This document shows positions 39,781-54,652 of a stretch of DNA of 64,000 bases, in pieces (the first letter of the stretch is position 1; each line of letters starts with the position of its first letter). The stretch comes from Octopus sinensis. Its lineage: Eukaryota. The position numbers were made by a program, and so were the translations under genes. The stretch is from contig NC_043021.1 of assembly GCF_006345805.1 (NCBI RefSeq), positions 18,910,001 through 18,974,000 of the forward strand, given 5' to 3'. The notes beneath the pieces are model-generated. The model saw only the letters and a program-made list of their open reading frames with translations, was not told the origin of the DNA and did not search any database.

Positions 39781-40420
39781 TCACCACCACCACTACCACC
39801 ACCCCCATTGCTACTACCACCACCACTACTACCATCACCACTATCACTACTACTACCACCACCACCATTGCTGCTGCTACTACTACAACCATCACCACCA
39901 CCACCATTGCTCCTCTTACCACCACCATCATCGCCACTACTACTACCACCACCACTACCATCACCATCGCTACTACTACCACCACCACTTCCACCACCAT
40001 CACTACTACCACCACCACCACCATCAGCACAACTACCTTCACCACCACTACTACTACTGTTTTTACTACTACTACAAATACTAATACTACTAATACTACC
40101 AGCACCACCACCATTGCTACTACCACCACCACTATCACTACTACTACTACCACCACCACTGCTGCTGCTGCTACTACTACTACAACCATCACCACCACCA
40201 TTGCTCCTCTTACTACCACCACCACCACTACTACTACAACCACCATCATCATTACTACTACCACTGCCACCACCATTGCTGCTACTACTATTACCGCCAC
40301 CACCACCATCACCACAACTACCTTCACTGCCACTACTACTATTATGACAACCATCACCACTACTACTACTGCTTTTACTACTACTACTAATACCCACCAC
40401 CACCCCTCCGCCACACACTC
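37480..40420. repeat. (CCA/CTA)n tract containing three copies of a unique block at an exact 821-bp period
   Basis: Block GATTGTATCTG...GCCTTACTACTAC starts at 37776, 38597 and 39418. Confidence 0.92.
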
Positions 40421-41454
40421 TTCTACCAAACACATTTCTGTTACCTCCCACACACTCTTCTATGTCCGGTGGTGAACAAAAGAAACAATTGTGTGCAGAG
40501 AGAAGGTATTTTTGAAAGTGGTTTTAAATTGTGACACCTCCTCCCTCTCCCCCCTATCACACTCCCACCTCTCTCTCTCTCTCTCTCCTCCCCACCCACT
40601 TACATTTTTTAAAATTTATTTATATTTTTTTCTCCTGAACTTTCTTACCGGCGGGGGGGGGGGGGGGGGCTATCAGCACATTTACCTCTGCACTGTTGTC
40701 CTTCGTCCTTCTCCCCCCCCGCCTCCTCTTACATGATCCAGTTACAATTAAAAGCAACCACCACCACCACCACCAGGACTACTGCTAATGCACTCCATAT
40801 TTCTGTTATTGCAATATTCACAAAAGATATTTGGTGGTGGTGGTGGTAGTGTGTATTTACGCCTTGGGGTGGGGTCCAAACCTAGTCGAGCAGGCCTACA
40901 ATCAAAAGCATTCCAGGCTGCAACGATCCTGTCTTTTGTAGGACTTCTCATTATCTAACACATTCTTGCCGGTGCTTTCATTAAAAAAAAAAACAAAAAA
41001 AAAGTTTGACTACTATTTCTAGCATGCCGAGCAACCACATAGAGATAGATTGAGGGCATGGGCGCACTGGACAGTTGCTCAGGTGCCTCGTGGGTCTGGG
41101 GCCCTTCAATTCTGATCTTTACATGCTGTAGCTTGCTGCTAATACATAAATATTATGGGGTCCAGTGCATTGATTTCTCCGAGGTCATCACATGTTTAGG
41201 GGCCCAATTCTGTTCTATGTATGCTGTGGTTTACTCTCTTTACTCTTTTACTCTTTCACTTGTTTCAGTCATTTGACTGCGGCCATGCTGGAGCAACGCC
41301 TTTAGTCGAGCAACTCGACCCCAAGACTTATTCTTTGTAAGCCTAGTACTTATTCTATCAGTCACTCTTGCCGAACCGCTAAGTGACGGGAATGTAAACA
41401 CACCAGCATCATTGTCAAGTGACGTTGGCGGCATAAACACAGATACACAAACAT

Positions 41455-41506
<52 letters not shown>

Positions 41507-42147
41507 GACGGGCTTCTTTCAGTTTCCGTCTACCAAATCCACTCACAAGGCTTTGGTCAGCCCGAAGCTATAGTAGAAGACACTTGCCCAAAGTGCCACG
41601 AAGTGGGACTGAACCCGGAACCATGTGGTTGGTAAGCAAGCTACTTACCACACAGCCACTCCTGCGCCTATGTTAATAAATACTAAAGGGCGCCAGTGAC
41701 TGATTTGGCCAGGGCCTACAATACTGTTAAGACAACCCTGGTTGAGGGCCACAGATTGCTGCATGTTCTGACATTTAGATAGAAATCATATAGTGTGCAA
41801 CTGTGACTGACAGCATTGTGGTTAGGATATGATCTGGTTTGTTCAGTCCTAGCCTTTCTATTCTATTGCATGGCTTAACCAGTTTTGTCACACCTTTTTC
41901 TCTCACGTTGTGATCTGGTTGGGCATGTTACACACTTGATAAATAAATAGCTTATTTAGCTTGGTCTTGTGTATTTTCATCTAGCCTAGTCTGGTCCTTT
42001 TATGTTTCATACATTGAGATCTGGTTTGGTCTGTTATGCAGTTGATATTTAAATAAAAAAATAAAGAAAAAAAGCTCAGGAGCGGCTGTGTGAAAGGTTC
42101 TACCCAAATGGCTGGGTTCCTTGCCCTACTGTGTAATATTAAATTTG

Positions 42148-42535
42148 TGGAGGCGCAATGGCCCAGTGATTAGGGCAGTGGACTCGCGGTCGTAGGATCG
42201 CGGTTTCGATTCCCAGACCGGGCGTTGTGAGTGTTTATTGAGCGAAAACACCTAAAGCTCCACAAGGCTCCGGCAGGGGATGGTGGTGATCCCTGCTGTA
42301 CTCTTTCACCACAACTTTCTCTCTCACTCTTACTTCGTTTCTGTTGTACCTGTATTTCAAAGGGCCGGCCTTGTCACTCTCTGCGTCATGCTGAATATCC
42401 CTGAGAACTACGTTAAGGGTACATGTGTCTGTGGAGTGCTCAGCCACTTACACGTTAATTTCACGAGCAGGCTGTTCCGTTGATTCGGATCAACCGGAAC
42501 CCTCATCCTCATAACCAACGGAGTGCTTCTACCAA
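42148..42535 (+). mobile_element. tRNA-derived SINE family D
   Basis: GGAGGCGCAATGGCCCAGTG..AGGGCAG...GGTTTCGATTCCCAGACCGGG head; second copy at 57678-57950. Confidence 0.82.
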
Positions 42536-43789
42536 TATTAAATTTGTAAACGTTTTATTGTAAATATTGTACACATTATATTGTAAATACTAAAACGTTT
42601 TAAGCTACTACACCCCATAGGTTTGTCTGTATTTGTATGTCCCCTCTATGTAACGCCTTAATGGTGAATTTTCATGAAATAAAGTAGCTTGCTTACCAAC
42701 CACATGGTTCCAGGTTCAGTCCCGCTGCGTGGCACCATGGGCAAGTGTCTTCTACTATAGCCTCGGGCCGACCAAAGCCTTTTAAAAGTCCTGGGGTCGA
42801 TTTGCTCAACTAAAGGTGATGCTCCAGCATGGCCACAGTCAAAAGACTTAAAACAAGTAAAAGAGTAAGTAAGAAAGAAATAGTGACAGGCATTGCCGTG
42901 TGGTTATGAAGTTCACTTTGCACCTACATTGTTTCAGGTTCAATCCCACTGCACAGCACCTCTGGCAAATGTCTTCAATTATATATCTCCTAGACAACCA
43001 ATGTCTTTGTACGATAATCATTTCGATACTTGATTACCAAAATTCCTTGATGGGCTGGAATTGTGGTCACCTTTTATCAGCCATGTTTTCTCTGAGCTCA
43101 TCTATTTGATGGAGCTGCAGTCCTGGACCAAGCAAAAATCAAAACTGAGCATCTGACATCTAGAATGGTACCATGTGCTCACAACCCTCTTAACACTACT
43201 GGTTTAGAATATTTTAACCAGAAATTTAGACATTATTTACATTATTTAGGCAATAGTGACTGAGACCTTTGGAAGTATGCTGTGCGTGAGAAGACCCGGC
43301 AGGACAAGTGAGACCATAACCCGTGGCCTCTACTTGGGATGTAGCCAGTCCATTTATTTATACCTTTCCTTCTTGGGACACAAAACTCTGCTGGCAAAGA
43401 CCTGTTGAGGCAAGTGAAATTGAAATCGAAATTGATCAAAAATCAATGGAAATTGTAGTTGTGATACCAGTGCTGGTGGCATGTAAAAGAACCATCCAAA
43501 CGTGGCCGTTGCCAGCACCACCTTGACTGGCCTCCATGCCAGTGGCACATAAAAAAGCACCAACTGATTGTGGCCGTTGCCAATCTCCCCTGGCACCTAT
43601 GCCGGTGGCATGTAAAAAGCACCCACTACTCACGGAGTGGTTGGCGTTAGGAAGGGCATCAATCTGTAGAAACACTGCCAGATCAGACTGGCCCTGGTGC
43701 AGCCTCCTGGCTTCCCAGACCCCAGTCGAATCATCCAACCCATGCTAGCATGGAAAGCGGACATTAAACGATGATGATGATGATGATTT

Positions 43790-43925
43790 ACATTTGATGG
43801 ATATTTGTCCTCATCTTGTTTGTTGTTAACCCAACTTTTCGGCTGGTACACCCTCCAGCCTTCATCAGGTGTCTTGGGAAAATTTCGAACCTGGGTCCTC
43901 ATTACTAAGATATTTTTCGATATTA
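43790..43925 (-). mobile_element. Penelope-like terminal fragment with minimal type-I hammerhead motif
   Basis: Minus strand GACAC-CTGATGA-A-GGCTGG agggtgta CCAGCC-GAAA-AGTT-GGGTT at 43826-43874; 6-bp stem II intact, stems I and III mutated. Confidence 0.65.
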
Positions 43926-44499
43926 TTATTATTATTATTATTTTCAGGTCACTGCCTGGAATCGAACTTGAAATTTTGGGGTTAGTAGCCCATGCTCTAA
44001 ACCACTATGCCAGATACCCGTGGGCATATGGCATAGTGGTTGTGTCTTTCAGTTCTTTGTTTCTTTTGTAGTCCCAAAATTATATCTTGTATTGGTATGT
44101 CCTTCTACAACAGTTCAGATGCTTTCTTCATCTGCTCTGAACTCATCTAAGTACTTCTCTGTCCTAATTCCCTGCCCTCAGAATTAGTTTTAAGAGATTC
44201 TTGTTTCTTTAATTTTGGAGATTAAGTTTGCCCCATTAATGGTGAGCCATTCAGGTAGGGCTTTTGTCACTTTTTTTTTTACCTTGTACTTGTTTCAGTC
44301 ATTGGACTGCAGCCATTCTGGGGTATAACTACCTTAAGGGGTTTTATTTGAAGGAATCAGTACCATTTTTTATCCCCTAAAGTCTGGTATCTATTCTAGT
44401 AGTTATCAAGCAATGGTGGGGACAAACAGTAGCAGTAGTAGTGGTGGTGGTGACAGCAGCGTCGGCGTCATATGTTTCACTTTTGCTTTGTGTTTGTAC

Positions 44500-44822
44500 A
44501 AATTGGCTCCAAGTCTTACCCAGAGACCTCAAGAGACAACAAGTTAGAAGTTCAAGTTAGGGTGTCATATATTTGGTTTTGAACAGAGTATTGTTCTCGC
44601 GAATGTTTAAGAAAACATAAGAAAATTATGAGTTTGTTTTAAAATTTGAGATTACATAGACAGTATTTTACGTAGGATATGGGCAGTTCCCATGAGCACT
44701 ATATTTTGAATTTCTGCCATTTTGGGGTTTCTTGGTATCTGAGCTAGATAGCAATCATCCCCTTTTGCTATCATTCCTAGGGCACCTATGACAACAGGTA
44801 TTGTTTTACTCTTGAGGTTCCA
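44500..44822 (-). mobile_element. R4/Dong-clade non-LTR retrotransposon 3' end
   Basis: Peptide LKSKTIPVVIGALGMI...IQNIVLMGTAHILRKILSM* is the typical C-terminus of restriction-like endonuclease (RLE) elements; followed by a 3' UTR. Confidence 0.82.
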
Positions 44823-45810
44823 CGGCTTCCATGCCAGTGGCACATAAAAGGCACCATTCGAGTGTGATCGTTACCAGCGTTGCCTTGCTGGCACTTGTGC
44901 CCCGTGCTAGTAGGATGCTTAGAGCACCATCTGATCGCGATCGTTGCCTGAGCGGCTAACTGGCTTCCATGCCAGTGGCATGTAGGAGGCACCATTCGAG
45001 TGGGATCGTTACCATCATCGCCTTACTGGCACCTGTGCTGGTGGCATGTGCAAAAAGATTCTAGCGAGGTCATTGCCAGTGCCGCCTGACTGGCACCCGT
45101 GCTGGTGGCACATAAAAGCACCCAGTACACTCTCGGAGTGGTTGGCATTAGGAAGGGCATCCAGCTGTAGAAACTCTGCCAGATCAGATTGGGGCCTGGT
45201 GCAAGCCATCTGGTTCGCCAGCCCTCAGTCAAAATCGTCCAATCCATGCTTGCATGGAAAGCGGACATTAAACGATGATGATGATGATGATGATGATTAT
45301 TATTATCATTATGATTATTCAGTAATGTAATTAACTTACCCCATACTCCACAAAAATTTCAGTCCCTGTGCCTATATCATCATAACCAGCAGCAGCAGCA
45401 GTGTTGTCATTGCACTCCCTGTCTCTAGGGTGTGTCCAACATTGTGCTTTTGTGAGTGTAAAGTTGTGTGCATTTTCTTTATGCTTCATAGTTTAGTGTT
45501 AATTTTGTTGTTTGCATGACGTTTTGACATAATGCAGAGATTGTATAAGGCTATTATTGAGTGGTGATTTCGTTGTGTATATATATTCTTTTACTCTTTT
45601 ACTTGTTTCAGTCATGTGACTGTGGAAATTCTTGAGCACCACCTTAAGTTGAGCAAATCAGCCCAAGGATTTGGAAGCCTAGTACTTATTCTATCGGTCT
45701 CTTTTTTTTTGCCTAACCGCTAAGTTACGGGGACGTAAACACACCAGCATCGGTTGTCAAGCGATGTTGGGGGGACAAACATAGACACACAAACATAGCC
45801 ACACACATAC

Positions 45811-45853
<43 letters not shown>

Positions 45854-46346
45854 TATATACAATGAGCTTCTTTCACTTAACGTCCACCAAATCTATTCAC
45901 AAGGCTTTGGTTGGCCCGAGGCTATAGTAGAAGACACTTGCCCAAGGTGCTACGCAATGGGACTGAACCTGGAACCATGTGGTTCGTAAGCAAGCTACTT
46001 ACCACACAGCCACTCCTAAGGCACATGGCTCAGTGGTTAGAGCATTGAGCTTACAATCGTGAGGTTGCGAGTTCGAATCCCAGACCGGGTTGAGTGTTGT
46101 GTTCTTGGAGCAAGACACTTTATTTCACGTTGCTCCAGTTCACTCAGCTGTAGACCTCACTGGTGCCAAGCTGTATCGGCCCCTTTGCCTTTCCCTTGGA
46201 TAACATCAATGGTGTGGAGAGGGAAGGCCGGAATGCATGGGCGACTGCTGGTTGCTCTTCCATAAACAACCTTGCCCGGACTTGTGCCTGGGAGGGGGAC
46301 TTTCTAGGTGCAATCCCATGGTCAATCATAACAGAATCCGGTCTCA

Positions 46347-48207
<1,861 letters not shown>

Positions 48208-48924
48208 AGAAAACCATCCGAACGTGGCTGTAGCCAGTACCGCATCGACTGGCCTCCGTGCTGTGGGCACGTAACAAACACCATCCGATCGTGGCCATTC
48301 GCCAGCCTCATCTGGCACCTGTGTCGGTGGCACATAAAAACACCATCCGAAGACCCGGCAAGACTAGTCAGGCCATAACCCGTGGCCCCTACCTGAGACG
48401 TAGTCAGTCCACCTGTGCATACCTTCCTTCTTGTGACACTTGTGAAGACCTGTTGAGGCAAGTGAAAATCAAAAATCAAAATCAAAATCAAAACAAATCA
48501 AAATAGATGAACATCAATGGAATTTGTATCTTTGTGGTACCAGTGCCGGTGGCACACAAGAAAACCATCCGAACGTGGCGGTAGCCAGTACCTCATCGAC
48601 TGGCCTCCGTGCTGTGGGCAAGTAACAAACACCATCCGATCGTGGCCGTTCGCCAGCCTCATCTTGCACCTGTGTCGGTGGCACATAAAAACACCATCCG
48701 AGCGTGGCCGTCTGCCAGCCTCGTCTGGCACCTGTGTCGGTGGCACATAAAATCACCCACTACACTCTTGGAGTGGTTGGCGTTAGGAAGGGCATCCAGC
48801 TGTAGAAACACTGCCAGATCTGACTGGCCTGGTGCAGCCTTCGGGCACCCCAGACCCCCATTGAACCGTCCAACCCATGCTAGCATGGAAAGTGGACATT
48901 AAATTATGATGATATATATATATA

Positions 48925-49436
48925 AATATATTGGTGAACTTGGTACATATAGTTCCCAAGGCTCCAACAATAGCAACAGGTGCAACACTTACCTTTTGAA
49001 ATGACCACAGGTTTTTTTATTTCCTGCTTCAAATTCTCATATCTGACTTAATTCCTGTACTCACTCATCGCCATGGTATGCAAAATCTATTATTAAACTA
49101 GTTTTCTTTTTCCTTCTTATTCACGGTCACAATATCCAGCTTTTGGTTTCCAATTTCACAATCACGCTGGACCACTGCATACCACAGTAACTTTAGCTTG
49201 TCATTCTCGATTACTCCTCCTGGAGTTTATACATATCATGTCTTTGCTCCTCTATCCCAATCCATATTTGCTACACAATTCCCAATGAATCATTTTGCAC
49301 CATTATCAGGTCTTTTTTTTTATTATATTCCTTTTGAGCCAGCTTCATGTACCCATATGATGTATTGGGGTCAAAGTAATTGACTTTTCCACCTCCCCTA
49401 AGATCGATAGCATTGTGCCAGAGTGTGAAACCATTA
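48925..49436 (-). pseudogene. R4/Dong-clade RLE-domain remnant
   Basis: Frameshifted peptides KLAQKEY, IHWELCSKYGL, VIENDKLKLLW, KLDIVTVNKKE, RYENLKQEI and VAPVAIVGALGTI; 5' end abuts (TAA)n at 49437-49520. Confidence 0.85.
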
Positions 49437-49503
<67 letters not shown>

Positions 49504-49515
49504 CATCATTATTAT

Positions 49516-49585
<70 letters not shown>

Positions 49586-49670
49586 ATAATAATAATATTA
49601 GGGAATAAATCCAAACTTACAGGGAAAAATTAGATTTAGGATTAAATCCAATTTTATAGTATAAATATAT

Positions 49671-49856
49671 TATATTATATTAAATTAGAGATAAAACCAC
49701 TATTAGGCAAATCAAACTGAAAAACATAAGCCAATACATAAAATTAATTTTAAAATATAAAAGTTAAAAATAAAAAATTATTTAAATAATTTAAACTTTT
49801 AAATTTTATGTTTGATTTGCCTAATAGTGGTTTTATCTCTAATTTAATATAATATA
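49671..49856. repeat. Fold-back inverted repeat, 47-bp arms
   Basis: 49671-49717 versus 49810-49856; same family as 29520-29765 (shared TAGGGAAT..ATCCAAA.TTACAGGGAAAAA start). Confidence 0.88.
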
Positions 49857-50016
49857 TATATATATAATTATTGAAGTAGATAAATGAATTATCTTATTAC
49901 GGATTATTCAAATGATAACCGATACCTGGGTAGCAAAAATCACAACAGAAAAATCACGGTTGAGGTTACGACCATGGGGTCTCAAACCCGTGCCTTAGTG
50001 CGGAAATTTGAAGTTT

Positions 50017-50124
50017 TATATATTTAGTGCATGAAGAAATGGAGCTGAACGAAGATAGAAAATAATAAAAAGGAATTTTGTTAAATCTTCGTTCAGCTCC
50101 ATTTCTTCATGCACTAAATATATA
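50017..50124. repeat. Perfect 40-bp inverted repeat
   Basis: 50017-50056 versus 50085-50124; 28-nt spacer; continues into (TA)n. Confidence 0.9.
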
Positions 50125-50136
50125 TATATATATATA

Positions 50137-50449
50137 CTGTATTTGATGGCCTATAAGATACACAAGTGCATAGGACATACCTTTACCTTGATTATACTTT
50201 TGTAAAATAAATTTCCACTAAAATTATGTTTTAATTCCTCCGGTTACCTGTGTAACTATATGTTATTACCAGTAATTATAAGCAATTTATTGCATCCACA
50301 TTCGATATCGGCTAGTTGGCTACATCTGTGTGACCTCTGATGTATAATTTTGGCCGACAGTCATGAGTTTTGAGCTTACATTGAGTGCATTGGATCCAAG
50401 GAGATTTTTGGGTCAAAAAAAAGGTGCCTCTTATAGGCCATCAAATATG
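50137..50449. mobile_element. Tc1/pogo-type MITE
   Basis: TA|CTGTATTTGATGGCCTATAAGA ... TCTTATAGGCCATCAAATATG|TA TIRs with TA target. Confidence 0.75.
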
Positions 50450-50805
50450 TATATATATTTGTGTGTATATATGTATATATATTTATATGTTTGTATATAT
50501 GTATGTGTATATATATTTATGTGTTTGTGTATGTGTTTGTCCCTCCCCCACCATCGCCTGACAACCGATGTTGGTGTGTTTACATCCCTATAACTTAGCG
50601 GTTCAGCCGCAGAGACTGATAGAATAAGCACCAGGATTACAAAGAATAAGTCCAGGGGGTCGATCTCTTTGACTAAAAGGTGGTGCTCCAGTGAGGCCAC
50701 AGCCAAATAAATGACTGAAACAAGTTAAAGAGCAAAAGAGATATGTCAAGTTGTATTGAGACAACAGGACTTGCAGAAAAAATACCAATTCTGTTTTTTG
50801 GTAGC

Positions 50806-51259
50806 TACTTGTTTCAGTCATTTGACTGTGGCCATGCTGGAGCACCGCCTTTAGTCAAGCAAATCAACCCCGAGACTTATTCTTTGTAAGCCTAGTACTT
50901 ATTCTATCGGTCTCTTTTGCCGAACCGCTAAGTGACGGGGACGTAAACACACCAGCATCGGTTGTCAAGCAATGCTAGGGGGACAAACACAGACACACAA
51001 ACACACACACATACATATATATACGACAGGCTTCTTTCAGTTTCTGTCTACCAAATCCACTCACAAGGCATTGGTCGGCTCGGGGCTATAGCAGAAGACA
51101 CTTGCCCAAGATGCCACGCAGTGGGACTGAACCCGGAACCATGTGGTTGGTTAGCAAGCTACTTACCACACAGCCACTCCTGCACCTGAAATTTAATTTC
51201 GCAGTGGAAGGGTTAAATAAAATTGTTTGTGTTGTGTACTTGATTATTGAATGATTCTG

Positions 51260-51296
<37 letters not shown>

Positions 51297-52299
51297 TATG
51301 ATGTAGAGAGCAAAATAGAAGGAGTAAGAGAGAGCAAGTGAGAGAGAGAGAGAGAGAGAGTCAGAGTATGTGTTTCCTTTTGAATCCTGTTCAGGTGTGT
51401 TTGAAAATAGTTCAGAGCTGAGACAAGGTTGGCATGTTTCCTAAAGACACCTTACGTGCTGTTTGTACTGGCTTGTTTCCTAATGACAACCGATGCGCTG
51501 TTTGTACAAGCCGGTCACCAAGAGCCTCGAAGATAGGGGTCGTTCAACCTGTGAGAAGCAGCAGCTTACTTTCCCATGCTCGCATGAGTCAGACGGGATT
51601 TCTTTAAGCGAGTTTTCTACAGCAAGATGCTCTTTCTGTTTCCAAGCAAAGGCCATTTCTCGCTCTGTGGCCCAGACATGTTTCTCACAGAAGACTGGAA
51701 GCGAACAACATGGCTTGCATAACAGTGATGTTCGTTTACAACCATCATGTGACGTCAAGACAAAGATACAAATACACACATACCAAAATAATTAGTAGCA
51801 AAACAGGTGTGGTATTCACACATGCATATATATTACTCTTACTCTTTTACTTGTTTCAGCCATTTGACTGCGGCCATGCTGGAGCACCGCCTTTAGTCGA
51901 GCAAATCGACCCCAGGACTTATTCTTTGTAAGCCCAGTACTTATTTTATCGGTCTCTTTTGCCGAACCGCTAAGTGACGGGGACGTAACACACCAGCATC
52001 GGTTGTCAAGCAATGCTAGGGGGACAAACACAGACACACAAACACACACACATACATATATATACGACAGGCTTCTTTCAGTTTCTGTCTACCAAATCCA
52101 CTCACAAGGCATTGGTCGGCTCGGGGCTATAGCAGAAGACACTTGCCAAGATGCCACGCAGTGGGACTGAACCCGGAACCATGTGGTTGGTTAGCAAGCT
52201 ACTTACCACACAGCCACTCCTGCACCTGAAATTTAATTTCGCAGTGGAAGGGTTAAATAAAATTGTTTGTGTTGTGTACTTGATTATTGAATGATTCTG

Positions 52300-52336
<37 letters not shown>

Positions 52337-53287
52337 TATGATGTAGAGAGCAAAATAGAAGGAGTAAGAGAGAGCAAGTGAGAGAGAGAGAGAGAGAGAG
52401 AGAGTCAGAGTATGTGTTTCCTTTTGAATCCTGTTCAGGTGTGTTTGAAAATAGTTCAGAGCTGAGACAAGGTTGGCATGTTTCCTAAAGACACCTTACG
52501 TGCTGTTGTACTGGCTTGTTTCCTAATGACAACCGATGCGCTGTTTGTACAAGCCGGTCACCAAGAGCCTCGAAGATAGGGGTCGTTCAACCTGTGAGAA
52601 GCAGCAGCTTACTTTCCCATGCTCGCATGAGTCAGACGGGATTTCTTTAAGCGAGTTTTCTACAGCAAGATGCTCTTTCTGTTCCAAGCAAAGGCCATTT
52701 CTCGCTCTGTGGCCCAGACATGTTTCTCACAGAAGACTGGAAGCGAACAACATGGCTTGCATAACAGTGATGTTCGTTTACAACCATCATGTGACGTCAA
52801 GACAAGATACAAATACACACATACCAAAATAATTAGTAGCAAAACAGGTGTGGTATTCACACATGCATATATATTACTCTTACTCTTTTACTTGTTTCAG
52901 CCATTTGACTGCGGCCATGCTGGAGCACCGCCTTTAGTCGAGCAAATCGACCCCAGGACTTATTCTTTGTAAGCCCAGTACTTATTTTATCGGTCTCTTT
53001 TGCCGAACCGCTAAGTGACGGGGACGTAAACACACCAGCATCGGTTGTCAAGCAATGCTAGGGGGACAAACACAGGCACACAAACCCATATACACACACA
53101 CACACATATATATATATACATATATACGACAGGCTTTTTTCAGTTTCTGTCTACCAAATCCACTCACAAGGCATTGGTCGGCCCGGGGCTATAGCAGAAG
53201 ACACTTGCCCAAGATGCCACGCAGTGGGACTGAACCCGGAACCATGTGGTTGGTTAGCAAGCTACTTACCACACAGCCACTCCTGCG
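50806..53287. repeat. About 1040-bp tandem duplication bounded by three family-A SINEs
   Basis: Unique block starts at 51181 and 52221; the middle SINE is a chimera of the outer two. Confidence 0.92.
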
Positions 53288-53318
53288 TATATATATATAT
53301 ATATATATATACTTTATT

Positions 53319-53484
53319 TAAAAGCAGTAGAAAATTCAACAAGACCTGTTACTCTGAGTTTCACGTTCCCGTTCGTCGGACAGTTTTTGCTAGAAAAAAA
53401 CTGTCCGATTCTAGCAAAAGCTGCCCAACGAACGGGAACGTGAAACTCAGAGTAACAGGTTTTGTTGAATTTTCTGCTGCTTTT
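53319..53484. repeat. Fold-back inverted repeat, about 77-bp arms
   Basis: 53319-53395 versus 53409-53484; the spacer AAAAACTGTCCGA is the reverse complement of 53376-53388; preceded by (TA)n. Confidence 0.9.
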
Positions 53485-53836
53485 AGATATTACTCTACCC
53501 CTGGTATTTGAGTACTCTTTTTTCCACCTTGTTTCACATTTATGTGTTTACTCCGGTATATATATATATATACACACACACATATATATATGCATACAAG
53601 ATGGATGCGAACACTGATGTTCAGTTTGGCAGGTTTGATAATTGATAAGGGATTCCTCTCTTAACATGAAACCAATGGTAGCCTCATAACCCGTTAATTG
53701 AGAATTTTTATTCACCAATGCACTGTTGAGCTCCCATTCTGATTGTTCAATATTAATGTATATACACACGCACACACACCCATACATATATGTATACACA
53801 CACATATGGATGTGTCTCCTTGTTTTTTCTGTGTCC

Positions 53837-53871
53837 CTTTCTGTAGAAGAGCGTAGGCTCGAAAGTAAAAG
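53837..53871 (+). ncRNA. Degenerate minimal hammerhead-like motif (Penelope-type)
   Basis: CTTT-CTGTAGA-A-GAGC gtag GCTC-GAAA-GTA-AAAG; non-canonical core and missing C15.2, so probably inactive. Confidence 0.4.
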
Positions 53872-53961
53872 ACTTTTTCTATTCCTGAACGTTATGCTAA
53901 TACATCTGTTTGTTTTGTACACCACCTGTCTTCATCTTTTGTTTTTTTCGTAAACTCTCCC

Positions 53962-53999
<38 letters not shown>

Positions 54000-54652
54000 C
54001 ACACACATATATATACTTATGTACATATACACACACACATATATGTATGTATGTATGTATATGTTGAAATTATATTGTACTCCCTGTGTAAGGCGCCAAG
54101 CTGGCAGAGACATTAGCACACCGGGCGAAGTGCTTCGCAGTATTTCGCCCGTCGCTACGTTCTGAGTTCAAATTCCGCCGAGGTTGACTTTGCCTTTCAT
54201 CCTTTCGGGGTCGATAAATTAAGTACCAGTTACGCACTGGGGCCGATGTAATCGACTTAATCCGTTTCTCTGTCCTTGTTTGTCCCCTCTATGTTTAGCC
54301 CCTTGTGGGTAGTAAAGAAACATATATTGTACTCCCTGTAATATAAGAGCGTGATGGCCTTGTGTATTATCTATTGGAATAATTGGTCCCAAGTTCAAAC
54401 CATCTCCCTGTATTTGTGCTACATGCAGTAACATAAACCAAACAATGAAAACACACACACACACACACATGCAATAATATCACTTGTTTTAGAAAATTTA
54501 TGTATTCCTCGTTCTTATAAACAGCCATGACATAAAAACATTGCCTGGAAAAGGTCAGCCGTGGATTATATTGACACCATTCTGGTAGTGTTTGAAAGAA
54601 ACCAAACATGAAAACAAAAAACTTAAAACGAAATTGGTTTCTTTCAAAAGGG

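Noticed and set aside
39657-40453. Gly/Ser-rich and Val-rich ORFs of about 260 aa
   Set aside because: Stop-free frames of (GGT/AGT)n triplet repeats; open in several frames at once.
43079-43130. Minus-strand exon candidate GLQLHQIDELRENMADK
   Set aside because: Splice sites are plausible, but equally plausible frames exist on the plus strand; no support without homology data.
43945-44030. tRNA-like sequence on the minus strand (and the SINE heads elsewhere)
   Set aside because: A and B boxes present but no complete cloverleaf; these are tRNA-derived SINE heads.
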